Shown here in pieces: positions 29,988 through 38,824 of a stretch of 64,000 nucleotides of DNA; position 1 is the stretch's first letter, and every line of letters begins with the position of its first letter. The stretch is from contig DASRZP010000063.1 in assembly GCA_035686305.1 (NCBI GenBank), positions 4,396 to 68,395 of the forward strand, written 5' to 3'. Position numbers and translations under genes: made by a program. The notes beneath the pieces were generated by a model. That model had not been told where the DNA came from, made no database searches, and saw nothing but the letters and a program-made list of their open reading frames with translations. The DNA is from Thermodesulfovibrionales bacterium. GTDB lineage: Bacteria > Nitrospirota > Thermodesulfovibrionia > Thermodesulfovibrionales > UBA9159.

Positions 29988-31271
29988 TCAATGTTGTTTT
30001 CCACCGCCGCCGGGTGCACCACGTTGCGCAGGGCTGCCGCCCCTGCTTACCGGAGCTGGTGCAGTGTGACCTCCCACGTTGCTCTGGCGACTGGCCTGGC
30101 CGCGCGCACTTTGCGTCTTGACTTCAGCGGGTCCCCTATAACCACCAAAGGAAGCAGGAGCTTGAGGTGCAGGCCGCGGGGTGACGGCAGGAGCTTGAGG
30201 TGCAGGCCGTGGGGTCACAGCAGGAGCTTGAGGCGCAGGCCGTGGGGCGACAGCAGGGACCTGACGAGCGGGCTGTGGGCTAATAGTGCTACGGCTTTCC
30301 TTGCCGCGATTGCTCGATTGCTGCGTATTGGTCCTGGGGGCGAAGACGCCTCCCATAGGGCCCGTCGGCGTTGTACCCCTTCCCCTGACTTCAGGGGTGT
30401 GCGGACGCCTGCCGGGAGATCCCTCGGGTCGTGACGCCAAGAACCTGCCCGGATCTCCATGTGAAGGATCATGCCTCCATGTCTGATTGATGTAAGGTCT
30501 GCTCCTTTGGACATAAACATTCGTTATGTGCACATAGGGCCTTGCGCGATTGACCCACCCGGGGCGGTTCCATCCATGATAATAAACGTGGTGGTGGCCC
30601 CAGTCAAAGTCCAGGTCCAGCCAGCCTCCGATTGCCAACCGAAAGCCAAAGACAATGAAAGGGGAAATACCTGGAGTCCATCTTTGAACGTATATGATTG
30701 AAGGGTTGTACTGAGGGACATAAATGTATTGAGGTTGGGCAGGAAGAATCTCTATATAGTCGCCCTCGGTAGTGACACTTTGTTGATCGGTACTCACCAG
30801 ATTCCCGAGGTTTTGCGCCCGCCACCTCAGACGCTGGATTGAATTTGTCACATCTTGCGGCTGGTTCAGAAACGCGTCCCCAATGCTGGCAGTCCAGTCC
30901 ATGTCATCGGTCATCATGAAAAGAACATCGGGATAGTGGGCGATCGCCCTCACATTTTCTTCCCAAAATTGTTCGTCAATCCTTGAAGGGTCTCCGCCGC
31001 TTCTCAGCCATGCCGCTGCAGCTGCGAGTTCCTCAGGATACGTCGCTGCCGGAAGCATCTGGGCCAACAGAGGGTCAGGGTACAGAGCGATGGGTGAGAG
31101 GAGGTCGTCAAGCTCCTGATTGGTAAACAGGTATACCGATGACGAGTCGCCTCGTACATCCTGAATCAAGAGCAGGGCCGAAAGGCACAGTATAGAAAGA
31201 ATCACAGAACCCCTTGCGCAGGTCCTTCTCAGAAAAGGCTTCTCCTTCACATCTTCGAGTATACCACTCAA
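29988..31271 (-). CDS. DUF3300-family secreted protein with Pro/Ala-rich repeat tail
   Basis: ELDDLLSPIALYPDPLLAQMLPAATYPEELAAAAAWL is the DUF3300 signature. The C-terminal low-complexity tail contains PRPAPQAPAVT repeats. Confidence 0.75.
   Translation of the reverse strand: MSGILEDVKEKPFLRRTCARGSVILSILCLSALLLIQDVRGDSSSVYLFTNQELDDLLSPIALYPDPLLAQMLPAATYPEELAAAAAWLRSGGDPSRIDEQFWEENVRAIAHYPDVLFMMTDDMDWTASIGDAFLNQPQDVTNSIQRLRWRAQNLGNLVSTDQQSVTTEGDYIEILPAQPQYIYVPQYNPSIIYVQRWTPGISPFIVFGFRLAIGGWLDLDFDWGHHHVYYHGWNRPGWVNRARPYVHITNVYVQRSRPYINQTWRHDPSHGDPGRFLASRPEGSPGRRPHTPEVRGRGTTPTGPMGGVFAPRTNTQQSSNRGKESRSTISPQPARQVPAVAPRPAPQAPAVTPRPAPQAPAVTPRPAPQAPASFGGYRGPAEVKTQSARGQASRQSNVGGHTAPAPVSRGGSPAQRGAPGGGGKQH
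30153..30262. repeat. 33-bp tandem repeat, 3.3 copies, inside the DUF3300 gene
   Basis: AGCAGGAGCTTGAGGTGCAGGCCGCGGGGTGAC / GGCAGGAGCTTGAGGTGCAGGCCGTGGGGTCAC / AGCAGGAGCTTGAGGCGCAGGCCGTGGGGCGAC / AGCAGGGACCT. It encodes (PRPAPQAPAVT)n on the minus strand. Confidence 0.9.
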
Positions 31272-31388
31272 AGATCATTCTGACCAGATCTCTTTTTCGA
31301 AGGGAAGGGTTTCCGCTTTTCGTGTATAGCCAAGGAATCACTTTTCCAGCGGTGAGGGTTTCGGTCTCTGCAGCATAGTCTCGTAATG

Positions 31389-33596
31389 TCACTGGATAGA
31401 CTCAGCGCCTTGCACAGCGATTTGATCACGCATTAATCTCTCCCTCAGCAAGGTGTACCTTTGTTGAGGCTTGTTGTTCCTGATCGCTATTACCAGCGCC
31501 TTTTTTGTCCCGACGAGAACCACGAGGTTCCTCCCCCTTGTTATCCCCGTGTACAGGAGGTTCCGCTGGAGAAGCATGTAGTGCTGCGTAAGGACCGGCA
31601 TCACCACAGCAGGGTATTCACTCCCCTGTGATTTATGAACCGAAACCGCATAGGCAAGGACGATCTCATCGAGGTCGGGATACTCATAGGCGACGGCCCT
31701 TCCTTCATAATTCACCATGACCTCCTGCTCTTCCCGGTCAATCTTCACTATCCTTCCGATGTCCCCGTTAAAAACGTCTTTGTCATAGTTGTTTCGGATC
31801 TGCATGACCTTGTCGCCGACCTTGAAAACCCTGCCGGCCCTCACAAGTTCATCCTTCGAGGGATTTAAGGTCTTCTGCAGCTCTGCATTCAGATTCGACG
31901 CTCCGACAACGCCACGGTGCATTGGAGTCAGGACCTGGATATCATCGACCGGATCGTAGTGGAATCTCTTGGGTATCTTGTCCCTGCAGAGTTCAATAAT
32001 CTTTTCGAGCGCCTTCTCAGGCTCTTCAATCTCGAAGAAAAAGAAGTCCTGTGGCTGGGTCTCCCGATGGGTGAAGGCAGGCATGTTACCCTCATATACC
32101 CTGTGGGCGTTCACGATGATCATGCTCTCCTTCGCCTGTCTGAAGATCTCGTTGAGCCTTACTGTCGGCACCCGTCCCGAATCTATGATGTCCCTCAGGA
32201 CGTTCCCGGCCCCTACTGAAGGCAATTGGTCGACGTCGCCAACGAAGACCAGGGTCGCCTCTTTGGGAACTGCCTTAAGGAATTGATCCATAAGGACGGT
32301 ATCGACCATTGAGGCTTCGTCGATCACGATGAGGTCGGCCGCCAGGGGGCTATCTCCATCACGCTTGAATTTGCCCTCTTTCGGGCTGAACTCAAGAAGT
32401 CGATGTATTGTCTTGGCTTCCTGCCCTGTGGCCTCCTGCATCCTCTTGGCGGCTCTCCCTGTGGGAGCGGCAAGCAAAACCCGTTGGCCCAGCTTCCTGT
32501 ATATCCTGATGATGGAGTTGATGATGGTTGTCTTGCCCGTGCCAGGTCCTCCGGTCACCACCATCACCTTTTCTTTAAGTGCTTCCCTCACGGCCTCGAT
32601 CTGGTTTTCGGCGAGCCTGATTCTCAATTCTCCCTGGACCCACTCGATGGCTTTATCCCGGTCAAAGGAGCGTAAGGGTTTCGGGAACTTCATCAAGGTC
32701 TTCAATCCGCGGGCGATCCCGACTTCTGAGAGATAATACTTGGCTAGATAGACCGCCTTGTTGTTCTCCTTGAACTCCTGAGCAGTGAGGTCCTCGATGA
32801 TGACCTTCCTGCCGGCTGCAATCGTGCCGAAGGCCTTGACGATGATATCGCGATCAATCCCGAGGACCTTCTGAGCTTCCTCCACCAGAGGCCCATAGGG
32901 ATAATAAACATGTCCGTCATCGGACAATTGGTGGAGGACATAGAGAATCCCCGCCTCTGCCCTGATCTGAGATTCCCTGAGTATGCCCAGTTTTTCAGCA
33001 ATCCTGTCTGCCGATATGAACCCGATCCCAAAAATATCCGCAGCGAGTCTGTAAGGGTTTTCCCGAACCACCCTGACAGAGTCCCTGCCGTACTGACGGT
33101 AGATCTTGGCTCCGTAGCCGGGGCTTACACCATGCCCTTGAAGGAAGACCATGACCTCGCGAATCTCTCTCTGGTCATCCCAGGCCTTCCTGATCATCGC
33201 TATCCTCTTGTCCCCGATTCCTTCGACTTCGCCCAGCCTGCCGGTGTCTTTTTCGATGACAGCCAAGGTCTCAATGCCGAATTTCGCGACGAGCCTTCTT
33301 GCCATGACAGGACCGATGCCCTTGATCAATCCGGAACCGAGATAGTTCTCTATGCCGGCCTCTGTGGCGGGGACAACGGGTTCGTAAGAGGTTATCCTGA
33401 ACTGTTCACCGAATTTCGGGTGGATCTGCCAAGCGCCTTTCAGTCTTAAGACCTCCCCAGGCGACACTGCGGGAATACTGCCCACTACCGTGACAAGGTC
33501 GTGCCGTCCCCCAACCTTCATCTTCGCGATCGTAAAGCTGTTCTCTTCATTGTGATAGGTGATTCTCTCTATCTGTCCCTCGATCTCGATAAACAT
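31389..33596 (-). CDS. recD2: RecD2-like SF1 ATP-dependent DNA helicase (RecD/TraA family)
   Basis: 735 aa. N-terminal OB/HhH region, Walker A VVTGGPGTGKTT, motif II LIVIDEASMVD, QLPSVGAGNVL, and C-terminal YAVSVHKSQGSEYPAVV. Confidence 0.85.
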   Translation of the reverse strand: MFIEIEGQIERITYHNEENSFTIAKMKVGGRHDLVTVVGSIPAVSPGEVLRLKGAWQIHPKFGEQFRITSYEPVVPATEAGIENYLGSGLIKGIGPVMARRLVAKFGIETLAVIEKDTGRLGEVEGIGDKRIAMIRKAWDDQREIREVMVFLQGHGVSPGYGAKIYRQYGRDSVRVVRENPYRLAADIFGIGFISADRIAEKLGILRESQIRAEAGILYVLHQLSDDGHVYYPYGPLVEEAQKVLGIDRDIIVKAFGTIAAGRKVIIEDLTAQEFKENNKAVYLAKYYLSEVGIARGLKTLMKFPKPLRSFDRDKAIEWVQGELRIRLAENQIEAVREALKEKVMVVTGGPGTGKTTIINSIIRIYRKLGQRVLLAAPTGRAAKRMQEATGQEAKTIHRLLEFSPKEGKFKRDGDSPLAADLIVIDEASMVDTVLMDQFLKAVPKEATLVFVGDVDQLPSVGAGNVLRDIIDSGRVPTVRLNEIFRQAKESMIIVNAHRVYEGNMPAFTHRETQPQDFFFFEIEEPEKALEKIIELCRDKIPKRFHYDPVDDIQVLTPMHRGVVGASNLNAELQKTLNPSKDELVRAGRVFKVGDKVMQIRNNYDKDVFNGDIGRIVKIDREEQEVMVNYEGRAVAYEYPDLDEIVLAYAVSVHKSQGSEYPAVVMPVLTQHYMLLQRNLLYTGITRGRNLVVLVGTKKALVIAIRNNKPQQRYTLLRERLMRDQIAVQGAESIQ

Positions 33597-33816
33597 GGTT
33601 CTTTTGCTCCTCTATTTTACTCTATCAGGCGATACCATGGCGATTCGCGAGCCGATCAAGGGGCCATACCCAGCCGTGACGGAAATTGTCCATTGCCGGC
33701 GCAGTAAAGCTTTCCGGAGGGAGGTTCTCCTTCGAATCCCGTAGTGTCACACCAAAAGGGCTGATAACTGGCGCTGAAAGGTTGCTATGTGATAATACCC
33801 TGTGCTAGAGTAGAGC

Positions 33817-34257
33817 GTGATTAAGAAGAACCAAATCCAGCGAATGCTCTTTTTTACTTTATTCTTCCTCTATGCCATATCTCCCCTTTCTTACACGCAT
33901 AGCGCTAAGAACGGCGTTGAAGCCCTCCGCACCCCAGAGGGGCCCTCGTCATTAACGAGGCATCTCAATATCTTCCTTTGGGAACTGATATGCACTGAGC
34001 TGAGCTCAAGAGAGCATGGCGATCACGGGAGTTCAGGGGTTAAGGTACTTCTCAGAAAGTCCAGAGCCACCTTACCCGAAGATTCCAGCAAAAGGATGAC
34101 ATCTCTCGAATGTCTCTCTCTTCGTCAAGGTTCAGAGGGTATCTTCGAAGATCCCTTTTGCACGGATGCAATGGCTACTTACGAACAGGGGCCTCTTCAT
34201 GCATTCTTTCCCCTCTGTTCGGGACTCTCTCCCCCAGCCTCGGGAGCCGTTTCCTGA
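33817..34257 (+). CDS. hypothetical protein with N-terminal hydrophobic segment
   Basis: GTG-initiated 146-aa ORF (MIKKNQIQRMLFFTLFFLYAISPLSY...). No recognisable family. It occupies an otherwise empty 750-bp gap. Confidence 0.25.
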   Translation: MIKKNQIQRMLFFTLFFLYAISPLSYTHSAKNGVEALRTPEGPSSLTRHLNIFLWELICTELSSREHGDHGSSGVKVLLRKSRATLPEDSSKRMTSLECLSLRQGSEGIFEDPFCTDAMATYEQGPLHAFFPLCSGLSPPASGAVS

Positions 34258-34349
34258 ATTGTGGCGCCTTTGCTTATTCATCGTGAAGTTGTATTCATGG
34301 AAAGTAACACATGCGCGGCATCAGGGCCAAGGCAATGAAAGGAGAATAG

Positions 34350-34907
34350 ATGAAACAGGCATTGTTAGTCTTTATCATAGCCGGTATCTTGATTTCAGGG
34401 TGCGCCCAGAGAAAGGTGGCAAGCTCGCCGGAAACGCCGTCAATGGCGACGGAGAAGACGAGGGAAGGAGAGACAGGAGGCAAAAAGGGTCCTGAAAAGA
34501 TTACGGACCAGCGCGATCTGAAAATCGAATCAAAGGAAAAGACCCCTGAGGCCAGAGAGGTCTCGGACTTGTTTGATGACGTCCATTTCGATTACGATAA
34601 GTACGCCATACGGGCAGATGCGAAGTCGGTCCTGAAAAGAGTCGCGGACTACCTTGTGAAGAAGGGGTCGGAGAAGGTGCTCATAGAAGGTCATTGCGAT
34701 GAACGGGGAACGACTGAGTACAACCTGGGCCTTGGAGACCGCCGGGCAAAAGCGGCCAAGGATTATCTGGTATCGTTAGGTGTTCCCTCTTCGCATATCA
34801 ATACCATCAGTTACGGCAAGGAAAAGCCCCTCTGCTCACTTCAGACGGAAGACTGTTGGGCAAAGAACAGACGGGATCATTTTGTTCTCGTCAAAGCAGC
34901 TCTTTGA
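34350..34907 (+). CDS. pal: peptidoglycan-associated lipoprotein (OmpA-C domain)
   Basis: Lipobox LISGC. OmpA-like domain FDYDKYAIRADAKSVL...LIEGHCDERGTTEYNLGLGDRRAKAAKDYLVSLGV. Confidence 0.85.
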   Translation: MKQALLVFIIAGILISGCAQRKVASSPETPSMATEKTREGETGGKKGPEKITDQRDLKIESKEKTPEAREVSDLFDDVHFDYDKYAIRADAKSVLKRVADYLVKKGSEKVLIEGHCDERGTTEYNLGLGDRRAKAAKDYLVSLGVPSSHINTISYGKEKPLCSLQTEDCWAKNRRDHFVLVKAAL

Positions 34908-35096
34908 AGCAATGAGGGGGCTATTTCGGCGAAGCCGGAAGTCTCTGGTATTCTCGGGTCTCTGAAAGACGATGCCCACGGCACGTCTTGATTCGTTGCT
35001 ATACTCCGATTCCTTTTTTCATGGGCATCGGTACCTCTGCAACGTGAGATCCTGAGGGTATCAGAACAATATTCTTTACAGAAAGGAGGTGATTCC

Positions 35097-35414
35097 ATGA
35101 GGTTCTTAACAGCATTAATCGCGCTGCTCGTCGTTGTCTCATTTGTCGGTGGAGCAATGGCTGTCCCGCCTGGGAAGACGTTGGAGTACGAAGCAAAGGG
35201 CGCCGGCAAGGTGATTTTTGACGGTAAGGTCCACGCAGACAAAGGCTTGAAGTGCAACGACTGTCACACCAAGATATTCAAGATGAAAAAGGGTGCTGAA
35301 CAGATGACAATGGCAGACATGAATGCCGGGAAGTTCTGCGGTGAGTGCCACAACGGCACAAAAGCGTTCAAGACCAGTGACCCTGCTAACTGCGGCAAGT
35401 GTCACAAGAAGTAA
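35097..35414 (+). CDS. small periplasmic triheme c-type cytochrome (c7/c3-like)
   Basis: Signal peptide plus three CxxCH motifs (CNDCH, CGECH, CGKCH) in 105 aa. SD AAAGGAGG precedes the start. Confidence 0.8.
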   Translation: MRFLTALIALLVVVSFVGGAMAVPPGKTLEYEAKGAGKVIFDGKVHADKGLKCNDCHTKIFKMKKGAEQMTMADMNAGKFCGECHNGTKAFKTSDPANCGKCHKK

Positions 35415-35423
35415 TTCGTTGGA

Positions 35424-35464
35424 GAAAGGAGAAGGGCGACCGATTTGGTCGCCTTTCTCCTTTC
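35424..35464 (+). terminator. stem-loop terminator after the cytochrome gene
   Basis: GAAAGGAGAAGGGCGACC-GATTT-GGTCGCCTTTCTCCTTTC: an 18-bp stem with one mismatch, beginning 10 nt after the stop. Confidence 0.6.
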
Positions 35465-35509
35465 GGTTGGTGGTGAGATGAGTTGAGAAGAGGCTTCTGA
35501 GGAACTTCC

Positions 35510-36235
35510 ATGAAAGGTCTTATGTTCTTAATAGCCCTCGTCCTTTTCATCGGGCCGGCAGCTCATGTGATCGAGGCTGCTATGCCCTTCGAGTTCAACT
35601 ACTACGGCAATTTTAGGGAGATTACAAAGAAGAAGATGCCTGAGGGAGCGGTTGAACTCGGTGAGGAGCTCTTCGGACCTCATACCTATGGAATCGGAAT
35701 CGTCGGGAATTTTGAGGGCGAGATTACGGCCCTTGACGGTGAAGTCCTGCTTAATTACGGAAGAGACGGCTTGAACAAGACCCTCAGCCAGATCCCGAAA
35801 GGCGAGAAGGCCACGCTCCTTGTGACAGCACAGGTCGAACGATGGCAAAAGATAACCATCCCTTTTGCCATGTCAGAACACCAGCTTTACACCTTCGTGC
35901 TTGAGCAGGCAAGGAAGTTGGGTCTGGACACAAAAGCACCGTTCCCCTTTCTCATAAAAGGTATCTTCAGTGATGTCGTCTGGAGTGTTGTGAGCGGTAT
36001 TGATACCGAACTCGACACCAAGCTCCCACGGCTTTCTTGGAAGAAAGTTGTGGGATACCGCGAAGAGGCCGAGGCTCTCATGATCGGCTTTTACCCTGCG
36101 AGCCTCCGGGCTGAGATAAGCCATCCCGGTGAGTCCTGGCATGTCCATATTTTCTTCTGGAAAGAAAAGGACACGGGACATGTGAGCGCCTTTTCCGTGC
36201 TTGGAGGATCAGAGCTGGACCTTCCGGTCAGGTAA
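35510..36235 (+). CDS. secreted protein, acetolactate-decarboxylase-like (tentative)
   Basis: Signal peptide MKGLMFLIALVLFIGPAAHVIEA. HTYGIGIVGNFEGEITALDGEVLL resembles the AlsD motif (dfGlGtf..ldGEli.ldG). The similarity is weak and judged by eye only. Confidence 0.4.
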   Translation: MKGLMFLIALVLFIGPAAHVIEAAMPFEFNYYGNFREITKKKMPEGAVELGEELFGPHTYGIGIVGNFEGEITALDGEVLLNYGRDGLNKTLSQIPKGEKATLLVTAQVERWQKITIPFAMSEHQLYTFVLEQARKLGLDTKAPFPFLIKGIFSDVVWSVVSGIDTELDTKLPRLSWKKVVGYREEAEALMIGFYPASLRAEISHPGESWHVHIFFWKEKDTGHVSAFSVLGGSELDLPVR

Positions 36236-36353
36236 GTCCCGGGACTAAGAAGCAGGCGGGAAGGACTGTGGTAAAGTCTGAATACCTCCTGCGTCGTCCC
36301 AAAATGTTATCTATTGGGTGATAGTGGAGGAAGGACTTCTCTGAACCAAAGGA

Positions 36354-37499
36354 CTATGGCGATTTCGTTAATCCGTTCTTCTGCCAGGTCATTACCCTGG
36401 ACAGCGCGTAAAAGGGTAGCTTCCAAAAACTACGGCGCCAGACACTCTTGAGGAATCCCGGAAACATGATAAGTTTATACAGCCGCCCTCTCTCTCCTGC
36501 GACCCGGGAATGCTGACACCAAAGATCGAGCATTGCTCTCCAGCGGGTGGGCGGGTTCATCGTGACGTTATACTCGATATACTCAATCCACGGTACCGGA
36601 AGGTCCCGAATGCTTTCGAGGACTTCCGAAGGAACGGCAGCCGAAACCGTCTTTCGCAGATAAGCGAGGCTTTCTCTCAGAGGCAAGATGAGGCGCCGCT
36701 TCAAGGCTTGCGCAATGAGGCGGTTCCAATCAATTTCGGATTGTGCGGTGTTGAGAATGGTCATTGCATCTGCTACCCAGCGGAAGGGCGGCGTGTAATT
36801 CCACCGTGCTCCGTGAATGCAGACGTGCAACAATTGGTCGGTCGGATTCAGGGCGAGGGTAGCAACGTCATGGATGGTGACGGGTCTCGCCCCATCCCAA
36901 AAATCATCGTCGGCGTTCATCCCCCGGGATTGCGACAGCACGTGCCAATGAAGATCGAATTCCTGACCGGCGGCATTCTTAAATCCATGGGAAAAACTCA
37001 CCGAGATATACTCCTCCGTCGGCATGAAATCCATGGGGGCCCATCCCAGACTCTGTAACAGCTCGATTGCAGGCAAGGCCTTATCCATTCGAATGAGGAC
37101 GTCAAAATCGTTCATCGGCCGGAGCCCGTAATCTTTGTAATACCCTATGGTAAGGGGGGCTCCTTTCAAGATCAGGGTCTCTATCTCTGCTTCGCGAAAA
37201 GAACAGAGGAGAGAGGCGATAGCATGGAACAGCATCTGATTTTTGTACCACGTCTGGCGATAGACGCCCTTGTATTTCCCCATAGACGGATCCTTCAAAC
37301 CATGGGTCCGGAGATTCCGATAAAGGAGCGGCAGCATGCGGTGGGAAGCGGAATCAACCTGCTCTACGTCGACGGACGATTTCCATGCCTTCCACGCCTC
37401 GACGGCGTCCTTGCCGCGTAAAAGCGCAGCCCGCAGGAGCAACTCCTGTTCCGGTGAAGGCAAACTGTATCGTTTAGATTGCCCTCTCCTCATGTGCAA
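36354..37499 (-). CDS. NTP_transf_5-family (uncharacterised) nucleotidyltransferase; last gene of the operon
   Basis: 381 aa. LKGAPLTIGYYKDYGLRPMNDFDVLI carries the NTase-fold G-x-D-x-D core, with a helical N-terminal region as in the NTP_transf_5 family. It overlaps the upstream gene by 10 nt. Confidence 0.7.
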   Translation of the reverse strand: MHMRRGQSKRYSLPSPEQELLLRAALLRGKDAVEAWKAWKSSVDVEQVDSASHRMLPLLYRNLRTHGLKDPSMGKYKGVYRQTWYKNQMLFHAIASLLCSFREAEIETLILKGAPLTIGYYKDYGLRPMNDFDVLIRMDKALPAIELLQSLGWAPMDFMPTEEYISVSFSHGFKNAAGQEFDLHWHVLSQSRGMNADDDFWDGARPVTIHDVATLALNPTDQLLHVCIHGARWNYTPPFRWVADAMTILNTAQSEIDWNRLIAQALKRRLILPLRESLAYLRKTVSAAVPSEVLESIRDLPVPWIEYIEYNVTMNPPTRWRAMLDLWCQHSRVAGERGRLYKLIMFPGFLKSVWRRSFWKLPFYALSRVMTWQKNGLTKSP

Positions 37500-38824
37500 T
37501 CCCCCTCCTTCACGCCGTCCGCCCCACCAGGAGATGAAAAGGTCTGGATGAATTTTGTCATTGCCCGAACCTCATGATATGCGGCCTTCCATTCGTCCGC
37601 TTTCGTTGGATTCAATGGTCTTCCCTCGCAATCGGTGCTTGCTATCCATATGCCGTCGTCGGAGGGTATCTGGTACCGGAAAATCCAGTTGAGAAGCAGG
37701 TCAAGGACCCTGCGGTAATCTGCCGTTCGTTTGTACCGAAGGGCATCGGTCAGGCCTGCAAGGCATTCGGCCTGCACCCACCAGACCTTCTCGGTGTTTG
37801 ACGCGGGCTGTTCACCAAAGCCTTTGAAGTAAAACCCCCCTCTCTTGTAATCGAACCCGTACGTTAAGGCATGGGTGAGAATACTGAAAGAATGGTCCCA
37901 GTCGGGAGGGCTTTCGAGGACCTCCTGTGCACGGATCATTAACCAGGCGAACTCAACATTATGGCCATAGCAGATCTCTTCGAAGCCCTCCCCCTTCACC
38001 TCGCCCCAATCGTCCAGCCGGTACTCACAAAAAGCGCTTGCCTCTTTGGGAAAGAAGAAGGTCTTGTTGATGTGCAGTGCCTCAGTCAGCGCCGATTTCA
38101 CCGAGGCGTCACGAGTCACCTCGTAAAACTCTGTGAGGGCCTCCATCCAGTGCAGATGGGCATTGCCGCTCTTTACGCCGAGAACCCCTGGCAAGCCTTT
38201 CGGATACCATAACATTCCTTGCCCCGAGGATTTCAGAGGGCTGAAGTCTTCTTCTCCATGCTCCCGCCACCCCGGGTGTATCCCGTCGTGAAACTTCTCT
38301 TGTACCTTCTCAAAGAGGAAGAAGGCTTGATCGAGGGGAGCGGACAGGCCGCTTGCACGATAGTATTCAAGGAGGGCATAGAGGACAAAGGCCTGTCCAT
38401 AGAGAGATTTGCAGGGATTGATCACCCGCCCCCTGAGATCGGTTTTCCAGAAGAACCCCCCGTAGTGCTTATCAAGCAAGGCACCAAGCAAGAAGCGGTA
38501 GCCAGCCTCGGCAGCCTTCAGATAATCCCGATTCCCATTGCTGTAGCCCAATCGGTGAGCCATCGAAAAAACGAGGAGGAGACGGGATTGAGAGACCAAT
38601 TGTTTTTCTCCCGTCCTGCGACCGTTACGGCAAAGGGCTGCTGAAATCCATGCATGGAGACGGTTTGGCCTGTTCCGTGAAGGGGAAAGTCTGTCCGACA
38701 GGATATACCCGCCGTTTGCCAAGTCTACGGCCGTGTCATGCCAGTAGGGCATTACCTTCTCGCGCAGGCAGCGATCCAATTCTTCTGCTATTGCGCTTTC
38801 ACTGATTTCTTCGAAATCGATCAT
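37490..38824 (-). CDS. AGE-family (N-acylglucosamine 2-epimerase / cellobiose-mannose epimerase-like) alpha/alpha6-barrel enzyme
   Basis: YWHDTAVDLANGGY, QSRLLLVFSMAHRLG, GGFFWKTDLRGRVINPCKSLYGQAFVLYALLEYY, NAHLHWMEALTEFY, YGHNVEFAWLM. Confidence 0.75.
   Translation of the reverse strand: MIDFEEISESAIAEELDRCLREKVMPYWHDTAVDLANGGYILSDRLSPSRNRPNRLHAWISAALCRNGRRTGEKQLVSQSRLLLVFSMAHRLGYSNGNRDYLKAAEAGYRFLLGALLDKHYGGFFWKTDLRGRVINPCKSLYGQAFVLYALLEYYRASGLSAPLDQAFFLFEKVQEKFHDGIHPGWREHGEEDFSPLKSSGQGMLWYPKGLPGVLGVKSGNAHLHWMEALTEFYEVTRDASVKSALTEALHINKTFFFPKEASAFCEYRLDDWGEVKGEGFEEICYGHNVEFAWLMIRAQEVLESPPDWDHSFSILTHALTYGFDYKRGGFYFKGFGEQPASNTEKVWWVQAECLAGLTDALRYKRTADYRRVLDLLLNWIFRYQIPSDDGIWIASTDCEGRPLNPTKADEWKAAYHEVRAMTKFIQTFSSPGGADGVKEGDCT

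Noticed and set aside
30153-30262. Regular 33-bp repeats, considered as a possible CRISPR array.
   Set aside because: The units are directly tandem with no spacers. They are in frame and encode a Pro/Ala repeat inside the DUF3300 gene.
31108-31392. 94-aa minus-strand ORF between recD2 and the DUF3300 gene.
   Set aside because: It overlaps the signal-peptide-encoding start of the DUF3300 gene in another frame and has no motifs. It is likely spurious.
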